NCBI GenBank assembly: GCA_934130355.1
Contig: CAKOXV010000006.1
Span: forward strand, 8,541 to 72,540
DNA: 64,000 nucleotides
Direction: 5' to 3'
Origin: an uncultured Clostridia bacterium
GTDB lineage: Bacteria; Bacillota; Clostridia; TANB77; CAG-508
Positions 19,754 through 29,378 of the stretch are shown one piece after another; position 1 is the first letter of the stretch, and each line of letters starts with the position of its first letter. The translations under genes were made by a program, and so were the position numbers. A model generated the notes under the pieces. The model was not told the origin of the DNA, searched no databases, and was given only the letters and a program-made list of their open reading frames with translations.

Positions 19754-21542
19754 TTATTTCCTTTTTTATTGTAGTATATTCAAGTGGAATACCATAAAAA
19801 TCTTCATATATATTTTTCCAAACTTCAAAGTTTTGTTCTTTCATAAGTTCTACATTTTCTCTTTCTGCTATTTCTTCATCTGGGTAAATTGGTTTTGCTA
19901 TATGAACATAATATTCTTTTCTTGGAAATCCGTCTTCACCAATTATTTCGCTGTCTTCCATTGTAATGAATATAGGTACAACTGGTACATTATTTTTTGT
20001 TGCAAATTTGAAGGCTCCATTTTTTAGTGGCTTTGGTTTCTCATAATTCCACCACATACTTTGTTCTGGATATATTAATACAAAATCTCCTCTTTTTAGT
20101 ACTGTATCAACTGCTTTCATAAAATTTGCCATTGTTTTCCTATTTGAACTTAATGGTAATGTATCTGCATTTCTAAATAAAAATCCATAAAATCCTGGGA
20201 AATTTGTATAGTTTCCTTCTCTTATTACTTTATATAGTTTTTTATTTTTTCTTTGTCCTGACAATGAGAATATTTCTTCTATTGTAAAAGCATCAAATGG
20301 ATTAAAGTGATTACATGTTATTACTGCACCACTTGTAATTCCACTTAAATTTTCAAGTCCTTGAACATCTTTTATTATTAATTTGTTGCTTTTTATTATA
20401 CCATCTAAAAATAAAGCTCCTACTTTATTTGCAAATTTGTTTTTTATCTTATTTTTTCTTTTTGTTTTTAAATAATCTACATCTTCTGGCATTAGTTCTA
20501 TTGTTGGTGGATCATTTTCTGCATCAACATCAAATTTCCCTTCTTTTTCTAATTGTTCTATTCTATCTAAAATTTCTAATCTCTCTTTTGCTTTTTCTGA
20601 ATATTCAATGTTTCTTATTTTCCTGTCATCTCCAACACAGTCTGATTCCTTTTTTGCCATTGCTCTTAAATTCTTATCTGCTTCTATATCTTGAAATTTC
20701 ATTTCTTCTGTAAAATTATTTTTTATACTTAAAATATAATCATAAAATTCTGTTTTCTTTGCATTTTCCCAAAAATATTCTCCATATAATGTGTCATCAT
20801 AGTGCCATGGTTTATATTGATAATTATAGTGGATTAATTTTATGTCTTCTTCTTTTATTTCATTTGTTGCTGTAGGCATAACATTCCAGCCTAAATCTAA
20901 TAATTTTACTCTACCTTTACATATTCTATTTAGGTAATCTTGATCTTGAACTACAGAATATTTTACATTTGCTAATAAATATAAAAATTTATCTTGAAAT
21001 TTAAATTTTCTTAACTCATCTAAGTTCATTACTAACATCCCTGCATTAAAATATGTTTTGTAACTTGCCATTCCTACTACTTTTTCTACATACTCTTGGA
21101 ATACCTCATTCTTTTGGATTATATCATCTGGAACAGCTCCTACTAAACTTGTTCCTATATCAATATTGTATAATTCTGCAATATCTGTTAAAAGCACTAT
21201 ATCACAATCTAAATATATTGCTTTATTATATTGTGGATATAAGTTTGATATAAATAATCTAAAATATGTCGTCATTGAAAAATAGTCTCTTGTATATAAT
21301 TTATCTTTTATTTCTTCTATATAATAATTTAAATCCACAAATTCTATATTTATATTTTCTCTTGTATATTTATTGATTTGTTCTTTGCTTTCTTCACTTA
21401 TATTTGTACATAGTATTTTTATTACATAATAATAATCTTCTGTAGAATGATCCACTAAAGATTGTAATGTTACTGCTAAAAATGGTATATACTTATCATC
21501 AACAGCAAAAAATATTGGTATTATTTCTTTATACTTCTCCAT
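19740..21542 (-). CDS. bifunctional glycosyltransferase family 8 / PlsC-like acyltransferase fusion protein
   Basis: 600 aa. N-terminal GT8 signature (IPIFFAVDDKY..., YLDCDIVLL, NAGMLVMNL) and C-terminal acyltransferase blocks (CNHFNPFDAF, IYPEQSMW). Confidence 0.7.
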   Translation of the reverse strand: MEKYKEIIPIFFAVDDKYIPFLAVTLQSLVDHSTEDYYYVIKILCTNISEESKEQINKYTRENINIEFVDLNYYIEEIKDKLYTRDYFSMTTYFRLFISNLYPQYNKAIYLDCDIVLLTDIAELYNIDIGTSLVGAVPDDIIQKNEVFQEYVEKVVGMASYKTYFNAGMLVMNLDELRKFKFQDKFLYLLANVKYSVVQDQDYLNRICKGRVKLLDLGWNVMPTATNEIKEEDIKLIHYNYQYKPWHYDDTLYGEYFWENAKKTEFYDYILSIKNNFTEEMKFQDIEADKNLRAMAKKESDCVGDDRKIRNIEYSEKAKERLEILDRIEQLEKEGKFDVDAENDPPTIELMPEDVDYLKTKRKNKIKNKFANKVGALFLDGIIKSNKLIIKDVQGLENLSGITSGAVITCNHFNPFDAFTIEEIFSLSGQRKNKKLYKVIREGNYTNFPGFYGFLFRNADTLPLSSNRKTMANFMKAVDTVLKRGDFVLIYPEQSMWWNYEKPKPLKNGAFKFATKNNVPVVPIFITMEDSEIIGEDGFPRKEYYVHIAKPIYPDEEIAERENVELMKEQNFEVWKNIYEDFYGIPLEYTTIKKEINDEI

Positions 21543-22382
21543 TTATACTTCCTCTTTCATTTTTGTATTATACTCTTCTTTTAATTTTACGTATTCTTCT
21601 AAATCTTTATCAAAATAATAACATTTTAGAACTTTGTGTACTTGTTCTATATTCCATTGTTTATAATTTTCTGTATGTGGATAAGGCCAAAGAAGCAGTC
21701 TTTTGCAAAAATGGCAAATTACTGTGTCTTTTTTGTTAAATTTTGATTGTTCATTATATATTCTTGGCAATAATTTTTTCTTTGTTGTTGACCAGAATAT
21801 TGCATCTTGGTCTGCAAATAGCATTTTTTTTGTTTTAATCTTTTCTCTTGCTTTTTCTAATAATTTTGTTTCTTTTATTTTTTTCATATTTAACAAAAGC
21901 ATCCCAGCATTTATATAATCTGGTCTAATAAGTTTAGAACCATATTTTTCTCTTACTGCTGCATACTCATAATCTTCAATGTCTGTGTTGTACAATTCTG
22001 ATATGTCTCCACCTGCCATCATGTCTATATCTAAATATAATAATTTGTCAGGAATGTTTGGAACTAAATCTGCAAGTAATCTTAATAATGTATATGGTGT
22101 ACAATACGCATCTTCATTTACACAATTTTTAAATTCTTTTTCGTAGATTTCTGTAACATCTACTTTTATTACTCTATTTTCTGAATTTTTGCTTTTTACG
22201 ACTCTATCTAAAAATTCAATTTGTTCATCTTTTATTTCTGTATATTCTGGTTTTATTCTTGTTAAATTTGCCGTAAATATATAACAAGTTATTGGCTCTT
22301 TTGTTCTATTTGTTATTGATATTAATTCTGTTAGTGCTCCATCAAATACTTTTTCATTTCCACATAATAATAGCTCTATCAT
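21543..22382 (-). CDS. glycosyltransferase family 8 protein
   Basis: 279 aa with YLDIDMM (DxD), NAGMLLLN and FADQDA blocks. Confidence 0.7.
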   Translation of the reverse strand: MIELLLCGNEKVFDGALTELISITNRTKEPITCYIFTANLTRIKPEYTEIKDEQIEFLDRVVKSKNSENRVIKVDVTEIYEKEFKNCVNEDAYCTPYTLLRLLADLVPNIPDKLLYLDIDMMAGGDISELYNTDIEDYEYAAVREKYGSKLIRPDYINAGMLLLNMKKIKETKLLEKAREKIKTKKMLFADQDAIFWSTTKKKLLPRIYNEQSKFNKKDTVICHFCKRLLLWPYPHTENYKQWNIEQVHKVLKCYYFDKDLEEYVKLKEEYNTKMKEEV

Positions 22383-22467
22383 AGTTCTCCTCTTTTATTA
22401 TTTTTTCAATATTATTATTTTAACATTTTATTTAAATTTTATCAATATTTTGTTTTGATTTTTCTTC

Positions 22468-22900
22468 CAAGTTCAAAAAACATGATTTAACAGTTGGAAC
22501 TACACATATATATTGAAAACATTTCAAATTTTGGACAAGCTAAACTTTCGTATAAAATCTAAAAATACAACCCGAGCCTCTCTCACTCAGGCTCAACTTT
22601 ATCAATATGTATAATTTGAATAAATTACGAATGTGACTGGAATAGTGTTATAAATTCTTAAACAAAAGTCATAAAGGGTCCTGTCTTCGGGTATAGTTGT
22701 GACTTTTGTTTTAGAATTTGTTAACGTTATGCAAGGTAGCCGAGTAATTTATGAAAAGTATACATATTGATAAAGTTGCCCGTGAGCATTCCTCGGATAT
22801 GTACTTTAAGATTTTCTATACTCAAGTTTAGATGCACAAAATTTTCCATTATTCAATATATATGTGTAGTCTCAACTGTTAAGTTGTATCTTTTGAACCA
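22468..22900 (+). repeat. nested palindromic intergenic element, copy B (same L/R frame, different inner cargo)
   Basis: L block 22524-22562 and R block 22807-22847 are nearly identical to copy A. The inner 185-bp palindromic module 22594-22778 is unrelated to the A/D/E/F inner module. Outer arms (AACAGTTGGAACTACAC / GTGTAGTCTCAACTGTT) are unique to this locus. Confidence 0.9.
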
Positions 22901-22952
22901 GTAGTTTCAAATAAAAAAGCAGAGAAAAATTTTTTCTCCACTTATTTATTTT

Positions 22953-23498
22953 TTATAATATTTTGTTTACATTTCTCATAAAAATAATGCTTTCAATTAT
23001 ATCAAGTATTGAGTAAATTATCATTATAGTTCCTATTGTTACTACTATTGTACCTGGATTTACAACTGTATATAATCCACACGCAAACATTGTTAATGCT
23101 AGTATTAGGCTCCAAATCCATGTAGTTCCACCAATTTTCTTTATTTGAATTGATGTATTTATGCTTACAAAAGACGCATATATAATCCAAACACCTATTA
23201 TAATTCTAAATATAGAACCAATTAAGTTCATATATGCCATTGCTACAATTCCAATAACAATTGCTGTTAAACCATGTATTAATTCAAAATTATAAAAGTC
23301 TGTATTATCTTTTCTTACAAAATAATCTATTATTTTATAAAATCCTATGATAATAAATGTTGCTCCTAATACAGTTGCAATTGCTTTTACACTTCCTTCA
23401 GGCTTGCAAACTAATACTATTCCTAATATTGCAAATATTATTGATTCAACTATTGATGCAAATCCTGTCTTTTTTAATACTTCTTTTAAATACTCCAT
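22953..23498 (-). CDS. HdeD/DUF308 family membrane protein
   Basis: 181 aa with six predicted TM helices in a repeated pattern. Confidence 0.55.
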   Translation of the reverse strand: MEYLKEVLKKTGFASIVESIIFAILGIVLVCKPEGSVKAIATVLGATFIIIGFYKIIDYFVRKDNTDFYNFELIHGLTAIVIGIVAMAYMNLIGSIFRIIIGVWIIYASFVSINTSIQIKKIGGTTWIWSLILALTMFACGLYTVVNPGTIVVTIGTIMIIYSILDIIESIIFMRNVNKIL

Positions 23499-23558
23499 TT
23501 TGATTTTCCTCCCTTTTCGATATGTATTTTACCATCTAATTATGAAAATTGTGTGAAT

Positions 23559-24353
23559 TTATCTTAATAAATCATAAAAATTTTTAAACTCATACCCTTG
23601 TTCTCTAAGATATTTAATTGAAGATTTTAAAACCAATGAACTGTCATTAACAAATTTGGTATCATGCATTAATATAATAAGTGTATTTTTATTTTTTGAA
23701 GTTCTTCTTAAATTTGCTAATAATTGTTCATTACTGTACTTCTTTACAGAATCATTATTTAAGCAATTCCAATCAATATATGTATAGTTATTTTTTTCAA
23801 GAAGAGCCGCAGCTTCTCTTTTCTGCGCCTTATTAGTAGGTGACATATATCCATTTGGAAACCTAAAAACTTTAGAAGAATAATTTTCTATACCAATTGC
23901 ATTTCCTATTGCTAAATCTGTTTTTCTTACTTCTTCCATAAAATTCTCAGAGCTTTTATAAAGATTAGTATTATTATGGTCATATCCGTGATTTGCAATA
24001 TAATGTCCTTCTTCATAAGCTCTTTTTACAATCTCTGGATGTGAATCAACATTTTTTCCAACAACAAAAAAAGTAGCTTTTATATCTTCTTCTTCCAAAA
24101 TATCTAAAATTTTTGGAGTTACTGTTATAGTAGGTCCATCATCAAATGTCAAATATGCAAATTTTTCTTTGCTTTTGGCGAGTTCTTTGATATTATTTAA
24201 AAACTCATCTGAAACTTCACTATTTGAAGTTAATTCTGTCGCTATACATTCTTTTTCTTTATACAAATTCGACAATATGATCATTAGTATAATTGCTATA
24301 AGAACAATTATACTTATTATTATTTTTTTCTTTGACACAATTAATACTCTCAT
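23559..24353 (-). CDS. polysaccharide deacetylase family protein (NodB domain)
   Basis: 264 aa. N-terminal TM helix, then LTFDDGP, HGYDH and a later LMHD motif. Confidence 0.8.
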   Translation of the reverse strand: MRVLIVSKKKIIISIIVLIAIILMIILSNLYKEKECIATELTSNSEVSDEFLNNIKELAKSKEKFAYLTFDDGPTITVTPKILDILEEEDIKATFFVVGKNVDSHPEIVKRAYEEGHYIANHGYDHNNTNLYKSSENFMEEVRKTDLAIGNAIGIENYSSKVFRFPNGYMSPTNKAQKREAAALLEKNNYTYIDWNCLNNDSVKKYSNEQLLANLRRTSKNKNTLIILMHDTKFVNDSSLVLKSSIKYLREQGYEFKNFYDLLR

Positions 24354-24405
24354 TTAAACACCCTATTCAAATATATGCTAAAAATGAATTATCTTGCACT
24401 GAGTA

Positions 24406-25281
24406 TTAAAATATCTTGATTTTTTTAATAATTTCTATTCCTGCTACCATTCCTTCATATACAGCTTTTGAAATCTGTAATAATCCACCTGTACAATCCC
24501 CAGCTGCATATATATTAGGTACTGTAGTTTCCATTTTTTCATTTACTTTTATATAATTATTTTCTATCACTGCTCCTAATTTTTTAGCAAAATCAACACT
24601 TGTAGCAATACCTTGAGCTATAAATATTCCACTTATTTCTTTTGCTGTGTTATCTTCAAACTCTACTTCTTGTATCTTGTTATTGCCTCTAAACTCTTTT
24701 ATTTTTTTAGTATTAATACTTACATTATCCATATTTATGTGTTTATTGGGTGTCAATCCGTTTGTCAACATTGTCACTGATTTTACCACTGGCAATAGTT
24801 CTTTAATTTCTCCTATAGCATAATCTCCATTTCCAAGAACAGCAACATCTTTATCCTTGAAAAATGCTGCATCACATATTGCACAATAACTTATTCCTTT
24901 TCCTTCAAATTCTTTTATGCCTTTTATATTAGGCATGTTCCTATTTGTGCCTGTTGCTAATACTATTGTTTTTGCAATATATTTTTCTTCTATTTTTTGA
25001 TCTGCTACAACTACTTCATAACAATTCTCAAAATATTTTAAAGAAATAACTTCTTTTTCTAAAAATTCTACACCTATTCTTTTAGCTTGTCTTATTCCTG
25101 TTTCATTTAAGTCTTTACCCGAAATTGGTTCTTCAAACCCATAATAATTTTCTATTTTCTCTGCTTTGTTTAATGCACTTTGATTTTTGGAAATAATTAA
25201 AACTTTTAGTCCCGCTCTTATCATGTATAGACTTGCTGTTATTCCAGCAGGACCACTTCCTATAATTATACTATCATACAT
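24406..25281 (-). CDS. trxB: thioredoxin-disulfide reductase-like flavoprotein
   Basis: 291 aa with IIGSGPAGITA, redox CAICDA, and a C-terminal AAGDC. Immediately downstream of trxA. Confidence 0.75.
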   Translation of the reverse strand: MYDSIIIGSGPAGITASLYMIRAGLKVLIISKNQSALNKAEKIENYYGFEEPISGKDLNETGIRQAKRIGVEFLEKEVISLKYFENCYEVVVADQKIEEKYIAKTIVLATGTNRNMPNIKGIKEFEGKGISYCAICDAAFFKDKDVAVLGNGDYAIGEIKELLPVVKSVTMLTNGLTPNKHINMDNVSINTKKIKEFRGNNKIQEVEFEDNTAKEISGIFIAQGIATSVDFAKKLGAVIENNYIKVNEKMETTVPNIYAAGDCTGGLLQISKAVYEGMVAGIEIIKKIKIF

Positions 25282-25282
25282 A

Positions 25283-25591
25283 TCATTTCACCATTTTTTC
25301 TATTTGATTTTTGTCAACTACTCCAACGGTTCTGTTTGTTTCTTTTCCATTTTTGATTACTACAATTGTTGGTATTGACATTACTTGATATTCAATTGCT
25401 AAATCTTGTTCATTGTCAACATTTATTTTTACTACTTTTATTTCTTCATTTTCATTTGCAACTGCTTCAATGATTGGTGAAAGCATTTTACATGGTCCAC
25501 ACCAGTCTGCATAAAAATCAATTAATACTGTTTTTTCACTTTTTAAAACTTCTTCTTCAAAGTTTTTACTTGTAACTTTTAAAACTTCCAT
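25283..25591 (-). CDS. trxA: thioredoxin
   Basis: 102 aa with the WCGPCK active site. Confidence 0.92.
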   Translation of the reverse strand: MEVLKVTSKNFEEEVLKSEKTVLIDFYADWCGPCKMLSPIIEAVANENEEIKVVKINVDNEQDLAIEYQVMSIPTIVVIKNGKETNRTVGVVDKNQIEKMVK

Positions 25592-25687
25592 TATTTTTCC
25601 TCCTGTTTTTTTCTTCTAGTATTTGCAATTTTATTAGTAAATATTTATGAAGACATTACATTTATACTTTATACATATTCACTAAAA

Positions 25688-25792
25688 CAAAAAAATTAAT
25701 ATATTACTATGAAATACAGCAAAGCCCCCAGCAAAGACCTTAGCTATGTTTTTGCTATTGAATAATAATATATTAATTTTTTGTAAAGTTTA
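25688..25792 (+). repeat. solo copy of the inner hairpin module (copy C)
   Basis: AAAAAATTAATATATTACTAT...ATAATAATATATTAATTTTTT stem enclosing AGCAAAGCCCCCAGCAAAGACCTTAGCTATGTTTTTGCT. Homologous to the innermost layer of copies A, D, E and F, but without the L/R frame. Confidence 0.85.
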
Positions 25793-25801
25793 AAATATTC
25801 C

Positions 25802-28390
25802 TTATATTTTTAATTCTCCATTTTCACAATCAACCTTAACTGTTGTATTAGGTAAAATCTCTTGAGACAAAATCTTTTTAGCAATCAAGGTTTCAAGTTT
25901 CTTTTGAACAAATCTCTTCAAAGGTCTAGCTCCATAAGCCTCATCATATCCATTATCAATCAAATAATTTTTAGCTGATTCAGTAAGTTCCAATTTAATA
26001 TTTTTATCTTCAAGTCTTTTTTCCAAATCTTTAATTAATAATGAAAGAATTTGAGAAACTTCGCTTTTACGTAATGGTTTATAAAATACAATTTCATCCA
26101 GACGATTTAAAAACTCTGGTCTAAAGCTTCTCTTTAATAATTCTTCAACTTTCTTTTTAGCATCTTCGGAAATCTCACCATTGTCTTGAATTCCCTCTAA
26201 TATATAGTCAGAGCCTAAATTTGAAGTCAATATAATTATTGTATTTTTAAAATCTACAGTTCTTCCTTGTGAATCTGTAATACGTCCATCATCAAGCACT
26301 TGCAATAGTATATTAAATACATCTGGATGAGCTTTTTCTATTTCATCAAACAATACTACTGAATAAGGTTTTCTTCTTACTGCTTCTGTTAATTGTCCAC
26401 CTTCTTCATATCCAACATATCCTGGAGGTGCACCAATTAGTCTTGATACTGAATATTTTTCCATGTATTCAGACATATCAATTCTTACCATGTTATGTTC
26501 ATCATCAAATAATGCGTCTGCAAGTGATTTAGCAAGTTCAGTTTTTCCAACACCTGTTGGTCCAAGGAACATAAATGAGCCTATAGGTCTACGTGGATCA
26601 CCTATACCAGCTCTTGAACGCATTATAGCTTCAGATACTTTTTCAACTGCTTCATCTTGACCAATTACTCTTTTATGAAGTATTTTATCAAGATTTAGTA
26701 TTTTTTCTCTTTCACCTTCCATAAGTTTTGCTACTGGTATTCCTGTCCATCTTGAAATTATTTTTGTAATTTCTTCTTCTGTAACTTTATTTCTAAGTAG
26801 TCCTTCTTCTTTACTTTTTTCTGCTTCGTGTTCTTCTTGTTCTAATTCTTTTTGCAACTCAGGTAATTTTCCATATCTTAATTCTGCGACTTTATTTAAG
26901 TCATAACTTCTTTCTGCTTGTTCAATTTGTGCATTTGTTTGTTCTATTTCTTCACGTAGTTTTTGAACTTTTCCAATAGCTGCCTTCTCATTTTCCCATT
27001 TTGCTTTCATTGCATCAAATTTAGTTTTTAATTCTGATTTCTCTTTTTGAATATCTGCTAAACGCTTTTTAGAAATTTCATCTTTTTCTTTGCTTAACGC
27101 TGTTTCTTCTATTTCTAATTGCATTATTTTTCTTGAAACTTCGTCAAGTTCTGTTGGCATTGACTCCATTTCTGTTTTAATCATGGCACAAGCTTCATCT
27201 ATCAAATCTATTGCTTTATCAGGTAAAAATCTATCAGATATATATCTATGTGATAACGTTGCTGCTGCAATTAATGCATTGTCTGAAATCTTAACACCAT
27301 GATATACTTCATATCTTTCCTTTAATCCTCTTAATATTGAAATTGTATCTTCAACTGTTGGTTCATCTACCATTACAGGTTGAAAACGTCTTTCAAGTGC
27401 TTGGTCTTTCTCAATATATTGTCTATATTCATTTAATGTTGTTGCACCTATACAATGTAATTCACCACGTGCTAGCATTGGCTTTAACAAATTGCCTGCA
27501 TCCATTGCCCCCTCAGTTTTTCCTGCTCCTACTATTGTGTGAATTTCATCAATGAATAAGATTATTTTTCCTTCGCTTTTTTTGACTTCTTGTAATACTG
27601 CTTTTAGTCTTTCTTCAAATTCTCCTCTATATTTAGCCCCTGCAACTAATGAACCCATATCTAGTGAAAATATTGTACAGTCTTTTAATCCTTCTGGTAC
27701 ATCTCCTCTAACTATTCTTAGTGCAAGCCCTTCTGCAATTGCTGTTTTACCAACACCTGGTTCGCCAATTAAACATGGATTATTTTTGGTTTTCCTTGAT
27801 AGAATTCTTATAACATTCCTGATTTCGTCATCTCTTCCTATTACAGGGTCTAATTTTTGTTTTCTTGCCATCTCAACCAAATCTTGTCCATATTTTTTCA
27901 GTGCATCATAGGTTTCTTCTGGATTATCTGTTGTTACTCTAGTATTTCCTCTAACTTGTAATAAAGCTTTTAAAAAGTCATTTTTGTTTATATTATATGT
28001 TTTTAAGATATCTTTTACTTCTCTGTTTGCATTATCAAAAATTGAAAGCATAATATGTTCAACAGAAACATATTCATCATTCATTTTCTTTGCTATTGTT
28101 TCAGCATTTGCCAAGACTCTATCTACATCTTGTGCTACATATATTCCATCATTTGGTCGTGCTCCTCCTGTCATTTTCGGTTTATTATTTACGTTATTTC
28201 TTACTGTTTGTTCTAATGCCTCTTCATTAGCCATTTTCTTAATTAATTCTTTTATTAAGCTATTTTCTTGTTCTAATAATGCTAATAATAAATGCTCTTG
28301 CTCTACTTGCGTATTTTGATTTTCTGTTGCTATTGTTTGAGCATTTTGTATTGCTTCAATTGATTTTTGTGTAAATTTTTGAATATTCAT
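25802..28390 (-). CDS. clpB: ATP-dependent chaperone ClpB
   Basis: 862 aa. Two AAA+ modules ([22 protein letters not shown]) separated by a long coiled-coil middle domain. Confidence 0.95.
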   Translation of the reverse strand: MNIQKFTQKSIEAIQNAQTIATENQNTQVEQEHLLLALLEQENSLIKELIKKMANEEALEQTVRNNVNNKPKMTGGARPNDGIYVAQDVDRVLANAETIAKKMNDEYVSVEHIMLSIFDNANREVKDILKTYNINKNDFLKALLQVRGNTRVTTDNPEETYDALKKYGQDLVEMARKQKLDPVIGRDDEIRNVIRILSRKTKNNPCLIGEPGVGKTAIAEGLALRIVRGDVPEGLKDCTIFSLDMGSLVAGAKYRGEFEERLKAVLQEVKKSEGKIILFIDEIHTIVGAGKTEGAMDAGNLLKPMLARGELHCIGATTLNEYRQYIEKDQALERRFQPVMVDEPTVEDTISILRGLKERYEVYHGVKISDNALIAAATLSHRYISDRFLPDKAIDLIDEACAMIKTEMESMPTELDEVSRKIMQLEIEETALSKEKDEISKKRLADIQKEKSELKTKFDAMKAKWENEKAAIGKVQKLREEIEQTNAQIEQAERSYDLNKVAELRYGKLPELQKELEQEEHEAEKSKEEGLLRNKVTEEEITKIISRWTGIPVAKLMEGEREKILNLDKILHKRVIGQDEAVEKVSEAIMRSRAGIGDPRRPIGSFMFLGPTGVGKTELAKSLADALFDDEHNMVRIDMSEYMEKYSVSRLIGAPPGYVGYEEGGQLTEAVRRKPYSVVLFDEIEKAHPDVFNILLQVLDDGRITDSQGRTVDFKNTIIILTSNLGSDYILEGIQDNGEISEDAKKKVEELLKRSFRPEFLNRLDEIVFYKPLRKSEVSQILSLLIKDLEKRLEDKNIKLELTESAKNYLIDNGYDEAYGARPLKRFVQKKLETLIAKKILSQEILPNTTVKVDCENGELKI

Positions 28391-28480
28391 AATATAACAC
28401 CTCCATATTCATAAAAAATCGGGGATTGTTCCCCAATTCGTGTCTTATTTTATTTACATATATGATTATACTACATTATT

Positions 28481-28507
28481 TTAGCACTGTCAATAGTAGA
28501 GTGCTAA
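28481..28507. promoter_or_regulatory. CIRCE operator (HrcA binding site) upstream of clpB
   Basis: TTAGCACTG-TCAATAGTA-GAGTGCTAA, one mismatch from the consensus TTAGCACTC-N9-GAGTGCTAA. Confidence 0.8.
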
Positions 28508-28546
28508 AATTTTAAAATTTTATTATTTATTTTTCTCATAAAAGCT

Positions 28547-28848
28547 ATAACACTTACGCAGATGCATATATATTAAAGACATTCCAAATTTTGGACAAGC
28601 TAAACTTTCGTATAAAATCTAAAAGTACAACCTGAGCCTCTCTCACTTAGTCCAAAAATTAATATATTACTATGAAATAAAGCAAAGACCCCCGACGAAT
28701 ACCCCAGCTATGTTTTTGCTATGGAATAGTAATATATTAATTTTTGACGTGAGCATTCCTCAGTTTGCACTTTAAGATTTTCTATACTCAAGTTTAGATG
28801 CACAAAATTTTCCATTATTTAATATATATGCATCTGCTCAAGTGTTAT
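28547..28848 (+). repeat. nested palindromic intergenic element, copy D
   Basis: L block 28584-28622 and R block 28773-28813. The inner module is nearly identical to copy A. Outer arms (ATAACACTTACGCAGATGC / GCATCTGCTCAAGTGTTAT) are unique to this locus. Confidence 0.9.
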
Positions 28849-28894
28849 ATTTTTTGTGTCAAGCAAACTACTAATTAATATAATAAAATTTTTC

Positions 28895-28934
28895 ATAAAA
28901 ACACTAAGACCGCACGAAAAATTCGCACGGTCTT
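28895..28934 (-). terminator. rho-independent terminator of the 113-aa orphan ORF
   Basis: Minus strand: AAGACCG...CGGTCTT stem followed by AGTGTTTTTAT. Confidence 0.6.
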
Positions 28935-28940
28935 GTGTAA

Positions 28941-29282
28941 TTAACCTTTAGAACTCCACAACTTGGAAATCTTCTCCCAAATAGAGTTTTTCTCCTTCTT
29001 CTGCACAATGTGCAAATCAGGCTTCTGTTCCTCAAAGGACAATCTGATAACTCTTCTATCTTGGGAAATTTCGTATCGAATGCTCCCTCTGTATGCATTG
29101 TCAGAGGATAGCTTTCCCTCTTGAACCTTGCCGAGTAAGTACAGAGCAAACAGCTCAATCGGTTCATTTCCTACCTCGCCTAGAGGTTCACGGTCGTTCC
29201 GGAAAAACAAAAACTGATTTTCATTTTCCGTCTCAATGAACGTATATTCTTCGTCGGTTAATTTTTGCAGTTCTTTGGCCAT
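28941..29282 (-). CDS. hypothetical protein, 113 aa, compositionally foreign (G+C-richer than flanks)
   Basis: ORF MAKELQKLTDEEYTFIETENENQ... with RBS GGAGGT upstream, its own promoter and its own terminator. I recognise no family motif. Confidence 0.55.
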   Translation of the reverse strand: MAKELQKLTDEEYTFIETENENQFLFFRNDREPLGEVGNEPIELFALYLLGKVQEGKLSSDNAYRGSIRYEISQDRRVIRLSFEEQKPDLHIVQKKEKNSIWEKISKLWSSKG

Positions 29283-29325
29283 TATTTAATACCTCCAAAT
29301 ATAATAAATAAGTACTGCTAGATAT

Positions 29326-29354
29326 ATTTTAACAAATTTTTTACCAATTGTCAA
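29326..29354 (-). promoter_or_regulatory. sigmaA-type promoter of the 113-aa ORF
   Basis: Minus strand TTGACA (29354-29349), 17 nt spacer, TAAAAT (29331-29326). Confidence 0.45.
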
Positions 29355-29378
29355 AAAAAGCCAATTTTGAAATTTGTA

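Noticed and set aside
28904-29167. 87-aa alternative-frame ORF inside the 113-aa orphan gene.
   Set aside because: It is on the same strand but shorter, lacks an RBS, and overlaps the terminator hairpin. The 113-aa frame has a strong RBS and promoter.
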